Shown here piece after piece: positions 39,228-53,412 of a stretch of DNA of 64,000 nt (the first letter of the stretch is position 1; each line of letters starts with the position of its first letter). This DNA is from Schmidtea polychroa (taxonomy: Eukaryota). Position numbers and translations under genes: made by a program. The stretch is taken from assembly GCA_044892525.1 (NCBI GenBank), contig CM097885.1, positions 6,140,001 through 6,204,000 of the forward strand, read 5' to 3'. The notes under the pieces were generated by a model that saw nothing but the letters and a program-made list of their open reading frames with translations, was not told the DNA's origin and made no database searches.

Positions 39228-42200
39228 ATGCATACAAGTTATCATGAATCCAGAGACTGGAGCCCTTTAGTTAAAAATGTGTATGATCCAATTAAAGTTG
39301 GTAGCATTGATGGCACTGATACAGAGCCTCATGATGCCGGTATTATAAGAGCAATCAATTCTCACTACTGCCCTAATAAAGGCGTTATTGGAGATCCTAA
39401 GGTATTTGATTTTATTTCATTTTCAATGACATATCCTAATAGTGTACGTTATTTGTTTCAGGTTTTGACCGTGATGCAAGAGAAGAAGATCTAATGCATC
39501 TGTTTGTTGATATATGTGAACCTAAAAGAATTCGGCTTGTGAGAGATTTAATAAGTGGAATTAGTAAACAATACGCGTTTGTAGAATTTAATTCTAAAAG
39601 TGATGCTAATTACGCCTTGGAAAAACTAGGAAATTATGTCATACTTAGAGATAAAAGGGTAATTGAAAAATTTAAATATTAGATATTTTATATTTTATCT
39701 AACCTCACTCAAATTTTTATATATGGCAATAGTTTTTACATGTGATACGCATTATGGCTGATTACATATTTAGCATTGTTTCCCAGTTTTGTTATCAGCG
39801 TTTCGTGGGCATCTGTTACTTTGTCAATCGCTTACAGACAGATCTACATTATGCCCCTTCCTCGTTGCCCACAGATTCATTGACCGGATCAATTTATTAT
39901 CTCTTACCAATCCCCAATATCACTATGCAGAGTGGATAGTAAACATTACATTTTTGTTTGGCTTTGAAACATAACTTACCAAAGCAAGAAGGAAAAGTTT
40001 GAGGAATTCGCGTTTCTGTTTTATTTCGATCTTGTTCGTAAATTCTTTGAATAAATTTTGGTTTATTTGAGCGAATTATTTTTGGTTTTTCTGTCACATC
40101 TGTCCCGATAATAGACAACTTATAAAAATAGTTATTCATCGTTATAGCTCGCCTTTATCGATTCATAGGACATACATTCGATGCACTCAGTATAATGCGT
40201 TATCAAATATTCGTTTGCCGGTCAACATAAATTCCTGCTTTCAATTGGTACGAATTCAATGCCAAAAACCTCAATAGTAGGTAGATACTGGCCCGCTGGA
40301 CTACTATGAGTTATCGCGCATGTACACAATCACTCACTAGGGAATATCATCCGAGCTGTTATCTCGCAAAATGAGTTTCCTCGCGGTTGGTCGATTATTT
40401 AGTGCGAATTTATTGATTTAAAATTCAATTATTGATTTTTTAGTGCAAAGTGCAAATTCCGACTTTAGTCAGATGTATTTTCTGATTTTTAGACTTTTCA
40501 GAAGCACTCAATTATTGGAACATAAAAATATAATTATTGATTTTTAAGTGCAAAAAAGTCCAAAGTGAAATTTTTGACTTTAGTCCGAGGTATTTTTTCT
40601 TTTTTAGACTATATTTAAAAAAAAAACACTCAAATTCTTTTGACGATCGATTTGCACGCAGAACCGATGCGGTACTCCATCAAAGTTTCCCCTGGCTTCA
40701 ATCTGCACAAGAATAGTTCGCCATCTTTCGGGTCTCTACATAGTCGCCCATTTTCTATTTTGAAATGGTGAGTATTCAGTTTTCAAATAAATAAATATCA
40801 AAGTCGGTGTTTCTTACTGCACGTGTTCTCTAAAAACAATTAGATAAACAATATTCAACGTATATTTGTATTCAAATTCGTATATTCAACAATTTCCAAA
40901 ACTCCGAATATCGCAATAAAATGCCTATTCTGACTATTCAACAAGTCTCGCTGTGACCGCTTTGATTCTGCACGTCCTGCAGCAATAATTACCTCTTTTC
41001 TTTAATTCTTTGACTTAACTTGATTCTTTTATTTCCTTTAATTTTATCTTCTAATTTCATCAATTTTTACTTTATGGTTTTCGAACTTCACCTTTGTTTA
41101 CTTCTCTTTCTGTTTACTCGGGTTTTCACTTAATTAATTAATTAATTTAAAATTTTCTGTTTTTGTACATTTCCTTGCATTTCAACCTCTTCTGAACATA
41201 ATCTTATAAATAAATCGTTTCTCGCAATGACCTTCACCATCTTTCGGGTCTCTACATAGTCGCCCATTTTCTATTTTGAAATGGTGAGTATTCAGTTTTC
41301 AAATAAATAAATATCAAAGTTGGTGTTTCTTACTGCACGTGTTCTCTAAAAACAATTAGATAAACAATATTCAACGTATATTTGTATTCAAATTCGTATA
41401 TTCAACAATTTCCAAAACTCCGAATATCGCAATAAAATGCCTATTCTGACTATTCAACAAGTCTCGCTGTGACCGCTTTGATTCTGCACGTCCTGCAGCA
41501 ATAATTACCTCTTTTCTTTAATTCTTTGACTTAACTTGATTCTTTTATTTCCTTTAATTTTATCTTCTAATTTCAAATTTTCTGTTTTTGTACGTTTCCT
41601 TGCATTTCAACCCCTTCTGAACATAATCTGATAAATCCATTCTCGCAATGACCTTCCCCATTATCTCATTTGCAGCTGAGCCGTTTTTAAATTTCAATTC
41701 AAATATTTCTGGATTTTGAATTTTCAATATTCCTTTTTTAATTATATGGAAATTTTAAATTTAACAACTACAACAGAAGAATAATTATCCAGCTGAACCT
41801 ATTCATCATCATCGCAATCAGAAAAACCACTATCAAATGTATCATCTGCTAGTTCCTCATTTGAATTTGCTATGGCATTTTCTAGGCATCTAAAGAACAA
41901 ACCAAATAAATTATATAAATATACAAACAAAATTACATTACACAAACAACAAGAAAATTATAAAATATTCTCACCTTTTACAAATCTCCACCAAGTAAGT
42001 CTTTTATTAGAAATATATAATCACAAAGAAATTAATTTTTTAATTAAAAATTTATTTAAAAATAATCACTCAATTTTTTATAATTTTTTCTAATCACTAT
42101 TTTTGGAATATTTTATCGATAGGAATTAATGCTTGATCTGGCTCCTCGTTTTAAACAAAACCTTTTTACAATTACTAGATTACTAACAGGATAGAGACCC

Positions 42201-43224
42201 GATATATGTCACCTTTATTAAACACAATCTTAAACTTCTCTTCTCTGGTTTTTATTTTAATATGGTTATATTTACTTTTTTATGCTATTCATCGAAATGA
42301 AATTTAGCTTTTTTCCACTGCCTATATATGAACCCGCCCCCCCCCGATTAATTATATGGTAAAAATGGCGCTATCCGATTTGCTGTTCATACTATATTGG
42401 ATCTAATTTGAATACATAATTTATCGCCCAATTAGGCTAACTTACCGCTTTTATTTATTGGCCAATTAAGTTGACGTTCAGCTAAATTCTCAATAAGCTT
42501 GACTTAAATATCAATTAAATTCCCAATTAATTTGTTTTCTAGTTCTTAACCCAATTATGAACATCTCGTCGATTTAAAATTATTTTACACGTCTTCAAAT
42601 TCCTATTTATAACACTTCCCAGGAAAAATATTGATTTTTACTTTTTTTGAATTTCAATTAACTTTTACCTTTCAACAATTTTAATTCCCTAAAACACAAT
42701 TACACGCAACACTGAATACAAATAAAAATTATTATTTTTCAAAATGAAAATAAAAAATGTAAATTTTGATACAGAATCTATGACAAAAAATTTGCAGCAC
42801 AAAAAATTTGGTTTGCATATAACTATCATAATTATGCCGTGTAATATTTTTCGATATTTTTTAGTAATGAATGTGAAATCTTAGTTGAGGTTAATTTAAT
42901 TGCCTGGTGTATTTTTTGGGGCAAAAGCCAATTAAATCGCATATTACAATGACCGAGATCTGTTTATTCGACACTAATGCACAAACTGAAAGTTAAGAAA
43001 AATTTGGCACCAGAAACTATTATTTGACTAATTATTAAACATGAAATTAATAACATTTTGTCCGATTGCAGCTTGTTGTTGAGTTTGAACTTGAGAGAAT
43101 TCTTGCTGGGTGGAAACCAAGGAGATTAGGTGGTGGACTTGGCGGCAAAAAGGAGTCCGGGCAATTGAGATTTGGAGGTCGCAGTCGCCATTTTCAGAGG
43201 CCGTTTAAGTGCAAATGGAATTAA
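39228..43224 (+). CDS. SNRNP35: U11/U12 small nuclear ribonucleoprotein 35 kDa, 3 exons, about 180 aa
   Basis: Exon 39228-39401 (WSPL...YDPIKVGSIDGTDTEPHD), exon 39443-39658 (TLFVSGF...IRLVRDLISGISKQYAFVEF, RRM) and exon 43072-43224 (ELERILAGWKPRRLGGGLGGKKESGQLRFGGR). GT-AG introns of 41 and 3413 nt. Confidence 0.93.
40642..40740 (-). pseudogene. Diverged 28S (LSU) rRNA fragment of about 100 bp
   Basis: The reverse complement reads GACCCGAAAGATGGCGAACTATTC...GAAGCCAGGGGAAACTTTGATGGAG...GTGCAAATCGATCGTC, a conserved LSU segment. Confidence 0.85.
40721..41660. repeat. Tandem duplication, 516-bp unit; the second copy has an internal deletion; LTR-derived
   Basis: CCATCTTTCGGGTCTCTACATAGTCG starts at 40721 and 41237 with long identical runs. 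The unit contains the CAACGTATATTTG and CTCGGG..(TTAA)n motifs of the LTR family. Confidence 0.9.
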
Positions 43225-43806
43225 GAATAAATTTTCGAGTTTTTTATTTTCTTAAATTCCGAAAAAAATAATTTTCCAAATTATGAAGTAGCTACAATTA
43301 CTTTTTTATCTTTGTTGTTATATCTAATATTTGAGTATTTAAAACAAAGTCCTTTACTCAGTACAATAATTAGAAATAAATGATTATTTTTCTATAATTT
43401 ATTCATGAAAAAATCGAGGTCATTATGTTTAATTTTGTTATAGTCGAGTAGGGAACATTTTTAAACATTTGGTATAATTTTACAAAATCATAACTATTTA
43501 CTATGTATATTTGTTTTGACAGTAAAATGCTTGGTCGGTTTGTGTTTCGAATCTACATTTAACATGATTGGTAATAAGACATGGATCTGAATCGCAGATT
43601 TATTGCATATATAGTGTAATGCCTTTGCTAAACTATTCTAGTTATTTATAAACTATGTGATTAATCTATTTGATAATTGGATGATATAAATTATTTACAA
43701 GTTAATTTAGATGTAAAAAAGGACAATATTTAAAGCTTTTCTAAACTAAAAGTTTGTATGTTGTAAAAGTTTGATGAGTGGGTGACACAATCAGTTACCG
43801 CCCTAA

Positions 43807-44510
43807 GGAGCCGTAGATAGGGGGTGGCGAATGGGGCAACCGCCCCGGGGCGCGGAGTCGAAGGGCACCAAAACTGAAATGATCATTTAAAATTTTTTTG
43901 CTTTTCTTTTTTTCATATTAAATTTTTATATTCTGCTTTCCATGTTTACTGTTTTCAAAAGTTAAACTAAAACAAAACTGTTTTGCTGGTCTATCTAAAG
44001 GTTTTTGCAAACGGGCGACTAAATCCAAAGGTGGCTGATCATGAAAACAGTTTTGAGCATAGAAAATGATACTTGGCCTGGAAAGATCTTGAAAATCGTT
44101 TGAAAGAAGGAAGGACAATTGATGATATTGGTTATAGATATCGATATGCCCGATACAGTAGTCTATATATAAAAACGAGAAATCGGAGAATAACGTATTC
44201 AATATTGAGAAGAGAATCAGAATTATTTTTTCATAGTAAGGGAAATTTTATGAAACATGGCAACTCATTTCTTGCAAACTCGGCCACCCGCTGATATGGA
44301 AGATGAAGCTATATATGTATATACACATGTATAATAAATATTTATAATTAATTGGTTTTTGTTATAATATAAGTTTGGTTAAACATTGTATTGCTTTGCA
44401 TCTTAATTTGACTCTTCAAGACCAATTAATGGGAGTGGTTGATTCTTTTGGCACAAGAGGCGCCAAATTTCAATCTCGCCCAGGCGCCATTTTCCCTAGC
44501 CACGGCTCTG
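43807..44510 (+). mobile_element. Deleted hAT transposon remnant
   Basis: GAGCCGTAGATAGGG and CCCTAGCCACGGCTCTG ends with GC-rich subterminal GGCG repeats. The internal peptide AWKDLENRLKEGRTIDD is typical of TTF-type hAT transposases. Confidence 0.6.
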
Positions 44511-44999
44511 ATTTCATTAATATGATCACGAAATTATTTATATTAAAATTAATTAATAAATTTAAAATTTTTTGAAAAACTATGTTTTAATATCGCATGT
44601 TCAGTGAACAAACTATGAAAATTTACAGAGGAAAATGGTTTACACTCTGCTATAGATATAGCGCGTTTTAAATGCTTTCATATTCTTGGAAATTGGGTGA
44701 TGGGATAACCTGAGAAGTATAGAAAGAAGTCAATGTGAATTTAATGTTTCTGACTTGACACTGAATCAAATGAACAGTTGAGTGGATAAAAATATTTTAT
44801 TCCGTGTTTTATGTCTTTATAAATGTCAATGATCTATTGACCGATCACGGGTCGTTTGAGGTAAATATTTATGAAATACATAGAAAGTACTTTCAATGGT
44901 CTGTACTATTTTGTAGTGGACCACTTATATATTTTCTGAATCACATGAATTTTAATGATAAGTATATAACATACAGTAGATTTATGCGTCAACTAGTAT

Positions 45000-45710
45000 T
45001 GTTGGGCTGAGTCGAAAGCATAATCGCCGAAAGTTAAGATAGTTAAGATGTAAATAAAATAAAATAAGACGACGAATTTTAAAATAAATAAGTCAAGACA
45101 TAAAAGAAACAATAAAATAAGATATAAGGATTAAAACAAAAATTAAAAATGAAAAAATTAAAAATAAAGTGTAAGATAACGAATAAGATACCGAAAAATG
45201 TAACAAATTATAAGGAATTTAAGAAATAAATAAAAGATATAATAAAAATAAGAAAAATAAGTAAAATATCCAAAGAAATACGAAAAAACAAATTAAATTA
45301 ATAAAATAAGCGGTACTCAATCCTGATTGGTCCGCACAAATAGAAAATTATTATATAAGCAGGCACAAAAATTAAACAAATCAGTGTTAATTCAAAAAAA
45401 CTTCATAGGTGAGTAAATTTCAAACATCATTCAACAGTGTTAATTCAAAAAAACTTCATAGGTACGATCCAGAGACAGCCACGACTCAAAATCAATTCAA
45501 CGTTACATTTGCAATAGAAATCGACACCCGAAGAGTTACAGGACTTGAGATCAACAGAATATTTTGTTTGAAAACCGAATCTTACATTTCGACTCAGCTT
45601 AATTTGATCGTAAGGAGATTTTATTTATTGTATTTATTTTTTCGAAGTTAATAGTAATTATGCATATGTAATAAATAATTAAAATTTTCATTTACACGAT
45701 CGTTATGAGA
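45000..45710. mobile_element. Probable LTR, interrupted at 45711 by a Polinton-like derivative
   Basis: Starts TGTTGGG. Contains GATTGG (45325) and TATATAAG (45352) and a duplicated 29-bp block. It may end at CCGACA (47770) after the insertion. Confidence 0.45.
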
Positions 45711-46927
45711 AGTAGATGGATGGGGCACCGCTAGACCAGGACTCCACTGGACCACATACCCCCCCCCCCCGGCCGGAAAATTTTTAAAAAATATTCTAAG
45801 TCTAAAAGTACATTTTTTTTCAAGGTCAAATTTTAAACAAAGACATATGACTCATCAAGGTCATTTAAACAAAGACCATGACTCATCAATGCCATTTCAA
45901 GGTCGCGTGACTCATCCAAGGTCAATCCTAAGGTAAATCCCAAGGTCATATGACTCACCGTGATGACTCATCAAGGTCATATTATTATTTTTAAAAAATA
46001 TTATTATTTTATTATTATTATTCAAAATATTATTAGTGGTCCAGCGGAGTCCTGGTTTTCGTTTACCCAAAAGTTATCGTTCCCATTATCCGAATATATT
46101 AAGCAATGGCTTATTTTGAAGCTTGGTGCAAAACCTTTTGAATGAGCTATTGTTGTCATCACCATCTTTAATATTGGCAAAGTTATAAACATTTTCCCAA
46201 GACCTTGTTAAATGATATATAATTATTATTATTTTTAAAAATATTATTATTTCTAATGTCTTTGTGCTCGCGGTGACCTACTATTTGGCCTGACAAAAGT
46301 TATCGTTCCCGTTAACTTATTTCATCGATCGATAGCTTATTTTAAAGCCTAGTAAATATAAATATTATTATTATCATCATTATACACGGGGAGGGGGGGT
46401 CCAGCGGTGACCTGTTTTCGCGGTGACCAATCCGTCTACTCTACTGTTTTTTCTCTTTTTTGTCGCTTTTAACAGGTCCAATCTAGATTTAAGTGTAACA
46501 ATGTATAGGCAGAATTTAATTTTCTACAAAATGGCACAATTAAAATTTCAGTTTGTTTCTTTGTCTGTAATACACACATGCTTTTTCAATAAATTTGTAT
46601 TTTTCCGCGTGGTTAACGTAATTTTCTTGAATTTTTATTCATATAATATATAGATAAAATTTAATTTTCTATAAAATAGCTTGATTAAAATTTATGTATC
46701 TTGTTTTGTGTGTAATACACACATGTTTTTACAATAAATTTGTAGTTTTCATACATTTAACGTAATTTTCTTGAAATTTTATTCATATAATATATAGATA
46801 AAATTTAATTTTCTATAATTATAATTGGTTAAAAACTATGTATCTTGTTTTGTGTATAATACACACATGTTTTCCTGATTTTTTTTTATTATTAATATCA
46901 TTTTTAATTTTTTTTTAAATATTAATA

Positions 46928-46985
<58 letters not shown>

Positions 46986-47181
46986 TAATAATAATAATAT
47001 AAATAATAAAAATAAAAATAATAAAAATAATATTAATAATATTAATAATAATAATAATAATAATAATTATAATAATAAAATAATAATAATAAAAGTAAAA
47101 ATAATAAAAAATAATAATAATAATAATAATAATCATAATAGTAATAAAAATAATATTAATAATATTAATAATAATAATAAT

Positions 47182-47223
<42 letters not shown>

Positions 47224-47751
47224 CATCGCTTAATAAATTCGGATAATGGGAACGATAACTTTTGGGCAAACGAAAACCAGGACTCCGCTGGACCACTAAT
47301 AATATTTTGAATAATAATAATAAAATAATAATATTTTTTAAAAATAATAATATGACCTTGATGAGTCATCACGATGAGTCATATGACCTTGGGATTGACC
47401 TTGGATGAGTCACGCGACCTTGAAATGGCCTTGATGAGTCATGGTCTTTGTTTAAATGACCTTGATGAGTCATATGTCTTTGTTTAAAATTTGACCTTGA
47501 AAAAAAATGTACTTTTAGACTTAGAATATTTTTTAAAAATTTTCCGCCCGGGGGGGGGTATGTGGTCCAGCGGAGTCCTGGTCTAGCGGTGCCCCATCCA
47601 TCTACTTCTCATAACGATCGTGTATTGTGAATGTGTCTACTGCTATGTCAATTAACTGAAACTCAGGTGAATGTACCACGTGGAAAAAAAAATCCTCAGC
47701 TGATTACGTCGATTACGGAGTCCTGGTGTAGCGGTGCCCCATTTATCTACT
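45711..47751. mobile_element. Non-autonomous Polinton-like element (about 2.0 kb, no ORF) with an internal inverted copy of its left end
   Basis: Left end AGTAGATGGATGGGGCACCGCTAGACCAGGACTCC; right end GGAGTCCTGGTGTAGCGGTGCCCCATTTATCTACT. Flanks ATGAGA and AAGAGA (5/6 match, TSD-like). Inverted arms 45693-46108 and 47224-47624. TCAAGGTCA and TGACTCA arrays as in the pPolB elements; internal tandem repeats of about 145 bp at 46510-46875. Confidence 0.75.
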
Positions 47752-48473
47752 AAGAGAACTCTCTCCGACACACAACCGGTAGTGGTAGATTATTAGATAA
47801 GGAGTATAAACCACTGAGAAACTGACACTGGCTATAGATAATCGATAGTGCACAATCGCACATTGCAAGTCTAAAATTTAGAACTCTTAATTTAATATCT
47901 TCAAACGAATAATTAATCAAAACGGATTACCTCACGAAAACTATTAAATCTCCACGCTAGATAATTTCTTTGTAAAATAGCCATACACTTTATTTTAGCT
48001 CTTGAATACGATTAAATCTTCCAATGAACATCCAACTACTAATAATTTCACGAAATTATAGAATTCACAGTTTGATAATAAAGTTTCACCTTAATTTTTG
48101 TAAAGTTATATCGTCAGTTGACATTTTTGATAATTAATCGACCCAAAAGAGATAAAGATCGGTCCTTTGGGGGGAGAGTTTTTGAAGGCCGTTAGCGCCA
48201 ATATAGCGTAGCGGTTGCGTGAAAAGGGAATTCAGTAATAATTAAATACATTTATTCATAGATTTGTGGGGACCGAAATCGATTGCATTCGTCAAGTCAA
48301 TAGTACCGAATTAAATTAAATTTTTCTGTAAATAAATTAGGTGGTAGAACCGGATTTTTAAATAGATTCTTCCCTTTTTGTCTGTCAAGGATCCACGAGT
48401 AGCCAGTTAGTCGTGTTCACTTTAATTTTAATTCTTGTATATTCTACATCTCACGCTTACCTTTACAGCTATC

Positions 48474-49158
48474 ATGATACCAACTACCAAGCCCGTGTTG
48501 CGTCCTTGCTTCTCCTGCTAGGATAAAACGCAATTATCAAGGATCTGCAGACCCAAATTGGGAAATACAAAAGGAAAATAGACGAGCTAGAGGGGACATG
48601 GTTCAGTCCCCTTCAGATGAAAGAGACCCAGAAGAAGCTCTATCGTAGTGAGCATTGTCGGGACGCTTTGATCTCCGAAAGCCGTGCCCAAAGAAGCCTG
48701 ATAAAGGAGCAGTCCGAGGCACTGTACAAAGTTTACTTGCAAGCAGCGACACTTCTTCAAAGTCGTCACCTCCACCTAAGAAGTCTTGCCGAGGGTGTCT
48801 AGAGACTCAGCTCTCGCCCAAGCCAGCCGACGTGATCTTTACCGGCACTAGTAAAGCAATTCCATCCATCGCTTCCACCTCTACTCTGCCTCTTACTATC
48901 AACAGCTCCTTTAAGCTCAAGCGTCGACAATTATCTCGGGCTGAAAGAAAACGAAAGCAGCGAGAGAGGATCGCAGAGAAGGAAAAACAGCGGACATCGA
49001 TCAACGCGTCTCCAGAGAAAAGCGTCGTCCCCACTATCGACCTAACCACTGGGACCCCAGGACGCATCATCTCCGCCGCAGGCATGACCTGGGAGGAGAA
49101 CGCTTCTGAATTCTTTGACCTGGAAGAATTATTAACAGCTACGGAATTTGAGAAATGA
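48474..49158 (+). pseudogene. Possible decayed gag-like region of a retroelement
   Basis: GC-richer coding-like segment with a degenerate knuckle (PCFSC*DKTQLSRICRP) and a basic, Ser/Thr-rich 167-aa ORF. Follows the putative LTR. Family not identified. Confidence 0.35.
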
Positions 49159-49906
49159 GAATGCTCTCGTGGGATAACTTGATCATTGTTGACTGAGTGG
49201 ACTTAAATTCAATGTGTTTTTCTGTGTTTTTCTTCACTGTTTCTTTTCATTGAAATATTTTCCGTTGTACGTACCTCATCAAAGTTATGCATGTGTGATG
49301 ATTTAATAAATGACTTCATGTTTCTTCATCATTGCGTTTATGACGGATTTGGGATGACAATAACGACCGGGTGAATTCGTAACTCAGATAAGACGTAAGG
49401 CCTTCTAACGGCAGTCGAGCGTGGGAAGTCGAGGCCTCAGTAAGGAGTAGTCCTAAGGTAGGGGCTCACCTGCTTACTGGTGTCTCGCCGGCATGGTACA
49501 GTACCAACGTGGAGTAATTCACGGGTGCCATGTTGGAAGGCAGGTTATGTGGGGTTTTGCTCCGGGTTGACGTAGCGGCGACATGTATAATCACAATGGA
49601 CATTCATCCTCTAGGCCAAGGTGGAATTAGTGGTGGTCAACCGGATGGAACCCCAGCAGTATTATAGATATTATTATATTATAGTCGTTGAGTTGTACAG
49701 ACGATTTCTCAAGCTTGTTATACGTGCATTTTTCTGTTGACATTTATAAAATAAAGATTACAATAAATGACATGTTTACATTGATATTTATTGATCATAG
49801 ATGAATATGACATTTTCATTTTAGATGATGGGAATAATACCCAAACTAACTGCTAATGAGGTTGTGAATCAATTACTGACAACAATTTCAGCAGATACGT
49901 AGCGTA

Positions 49907-50030
49907 ATGGTTATACCTCCAGAAGATATTGAAGAAAATGCAGATGAGGATGGAGATGATGGTGTTATTAGAGAGATGGGAGGTACACTTTTTGGTAATC
50001 TGCTGTACTCTCCGAAGGCTAACGACGTTC
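49907..50030 (+). pseudogene. piggyBac-like transposase N-terminal remnant
   Basis: VIPPEDIEENADEDGDD...LFGNLL resembles the PP....TDEDSGDE...L.G.LL pattern of PGBD proteins. Confidence 0.45.
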
Positions 50031-50429
50031 TTTGCACCCCAACTTTCGACAAGAAAGTGGTGGATTTCAGTAGCCTAAAAGTTATTTAGTGTTAAAGTTG
50101 CCACGAAGAAATTTATGTCGCATTGGTTTGCCTTCATCTTCATATATAACCAAGTCTAATTGATTTATTAAAACTTAAATCTTTTATGCGAAATCATTTA
50201 ACCAATTCTAAACAATTTGTTTATATTTAAATCTTAGACTTTCCAGTCTTGTTAATGATCTGTCTTAAAAGATTTACCTAAGAAATTTTACCCTTGATCT
50301 TCAAATATTTTCTGTCTGATAAAAACGAAGTTTTTACTGCCAACCCTTATAAAAAATATTTTAAGAAGGGCGCCCCGACTTTACCGCCGGTGACAATACC
50401 GCAGCCGCATTAGCACCGGAAACCGAAAT

Positions 50430-50605
50430 AAATTTAAAAACGTTTTTCCTAGAGCAGAATTAGTTGGATGCTTCTTTCATCTGGGACAGAGTTTCTGGCG
50501 TAAAATTCAACAATTGAATTTAACTACAGCATATGGCGAAGATGAAAATCTTCGAACGTGTACCAAAATGATGCTCGGGTTAAGTTTTGTGCCCGTGGTG
50601 CAGTA
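50430..50605 (+). pseudogene. MULE/Mutator transposase fragment
   Basis: Manual translation VFPRAELVGCFFHLGQSFWRKIQQLNLTTAY...KMMLGLSFVP shows the MULE CxxH motif. Confidence 0.8.
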
Positions 50606-50855
50606 TATTTTAGAAAATTAAGTGGTTAAACAACATCCTTTATCAGGGAGATATTTTTACTGACTCGCAGGTATATGTTGATATCACCTCTGTGTAATTC
50701 AGTAACATATGATCCAATACTTTATATTCTCTATGAAAAAACTGAAAAATTCCAATCATCTCATCTTTTAATTATTTATATCTATCACACTGTTTACGCT
50801 TGAAAATATTTTGCAATCAAAAATGACCGTTCTGTCCTTGTATCAAAAAGGACCT

Positions 50856-51327
<472 letters not shown>

Positions 51328-53022
51328 CGAAACGCAAATTTCTTGATGAATTTCATGATATCAAGTTACACATGTAAATATAAATTTATTGTTTTAATTT
51401 GAAGATTTCGACTTTGAAATTTAATGAGGAAAACCGAGAAATGTAATTATTGAATGATATTATTATAATAATTTTTAATTATTGGTTTATATTTTAATTA
51501 TGATTTATACTTATTATAAAGTCGTAGGGGAAACTTTATTGTTTAATTTTCAATATTGTGTCATTTTGTACTGTTGACGCTTAAGGGGTGAGTCATTTAA
51601 ATGTTCTAGAGTTACTTATTTATTTTGAATCGAATCTTTCCTAAACGCTTTCATGATCATTTTACTTTATATCATCCGCGTATCCATGGTAACAACCATG
51701 TTGGTGATGTACACAATGGCTGAAAATCAATGAGAAAGAAGCTCTACTATTAGAACTTCTCCTAATTACATTTTCATTTTCGGGTTCTGGACTGCCGATA
51801 GAAGGTCTTACGCCACTGTCCATTATCTATCCCTTTCTTAAATTATTGCCAATCATTTATTCGTTTAATTATGGTCCTCCCTACTGGATGTTATTCAATA
51901 TTACTTTCGAAAATTTTGCGCAGGGATCCGCCCTTATTCCCCAGTTCTTAAATGTTGTCCTATATTTTCTACTATAATTATTTGGTTTGATCTTCGAAAA
52001 TTTGAGCAGGGATCGGCTTATATTTCTAATTCTGACCTGATTCTGGTTACCAGACGATTTTCCAACATCACCTAAAAACAAAGTCTCCTTCATTTTCACT
52101 CGAAATCTACCTCTTTTTCTAGTTACAAACTTACTTCGTTATACCAAATAAAATGTGTCAGCAATTGGCTCATTAGGCCCTGGTGAGCACTGCCCTGAAC
52201 CCAACTGAAGAATACTTAAATTACTACCGAGCCCCTTGAGTAAGAGGACATATCTTCCCCTTTGTACTTGACTGGCGTGGTCCTCAATGTATCCATAAAA
52301 TCATAAAAAATTTTTCTCAATAACAATTTCAACGGAAGACAAATAAAAAGAAAAAATCTTAAATTGATTGTAAAGATTTATTAAACTAAAAATTATTCCA
52401 TGCTTAAAAATTATTTCATATAAATCAAACTCATTACAATTGCAAAAAATTCATAAGAACCGAAACCTGAGAGCATGTTAGCAAAAATTTTGGCATATCC
52501 AAATGAATTTTCAGTCGGTATTTATACTGATTTTAGTTGTCAGCCAACGCATTTGCCACCACTCTATTCAATTGGAATGCGTGTAATTTTGATTTATTAT
52601 ACACACGTACACGGGTGCATGCATTTCACATTTATTTGATTGATTTGAACAATCCAATTATTTTATAATTTTATTTTTATTTCATTTTATTATCTTTATT
52701 ACGTGTTTCATTTATTCACTTTGTATTATTTGGTGTATAATCATAGATTTTAATTCAACTTATTACAGTTTTAGTAAAGATAACGTCAAAAGAAAGCTAT
52801 TTTCCCTAAAAAATTTGGTTACACTCCAAAAAGAAATGTTTTTATTGAAATATTGTTTGATTTCAACTTTTGTGAATATTGAAAGTTTTAAAATTTTAAA
52901 ATTTTTAGAACTTTTAAAAGTTAAAATTGAGAATACAGAATTTTGATTTTTAAGCAAAACTATGTTTGAAAAAATTGACGTATTAGGTTAACGTATTAAA
53001 TGTATTATTTAAACAAATTAAC

Positions 53023-53092
<70 letters not shown>

Positions 53093-53412
53093 TAATTCGA
53101 GGTTCGGGTCTGTGTGCGCCTTTTACTATCCTTGTGTTGTTGGCTGTGGGCGCACACAGACGCATATAGTTGTGGGTGTGGTTTGGCTTTTTTCTATCGC
53201 GTCTGTGTGCGCGGTCTGGTTAGACCGATTCTTGTTGGTGTGCGCACACAGACGCGAGAAGTAGGTTTTGATTAATTGTTAATTTTTATATGATAAATGG
53301 TTTTTGGCGGAAATTCTGGATTTTTAATTCGAATTGATTTGTTTTAAATTGGTTTGTTATTGGTGGAAGTTTAAAAAGGGCTTTCGGTTCTGGAACAAGT
53401 TCCTTTGTTAAA

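Noticed and set aside
40642..40740. Functional rRNA gene
   Set aside because: Only about 100 bp, diverged, intronic, with no flanking rDNA.
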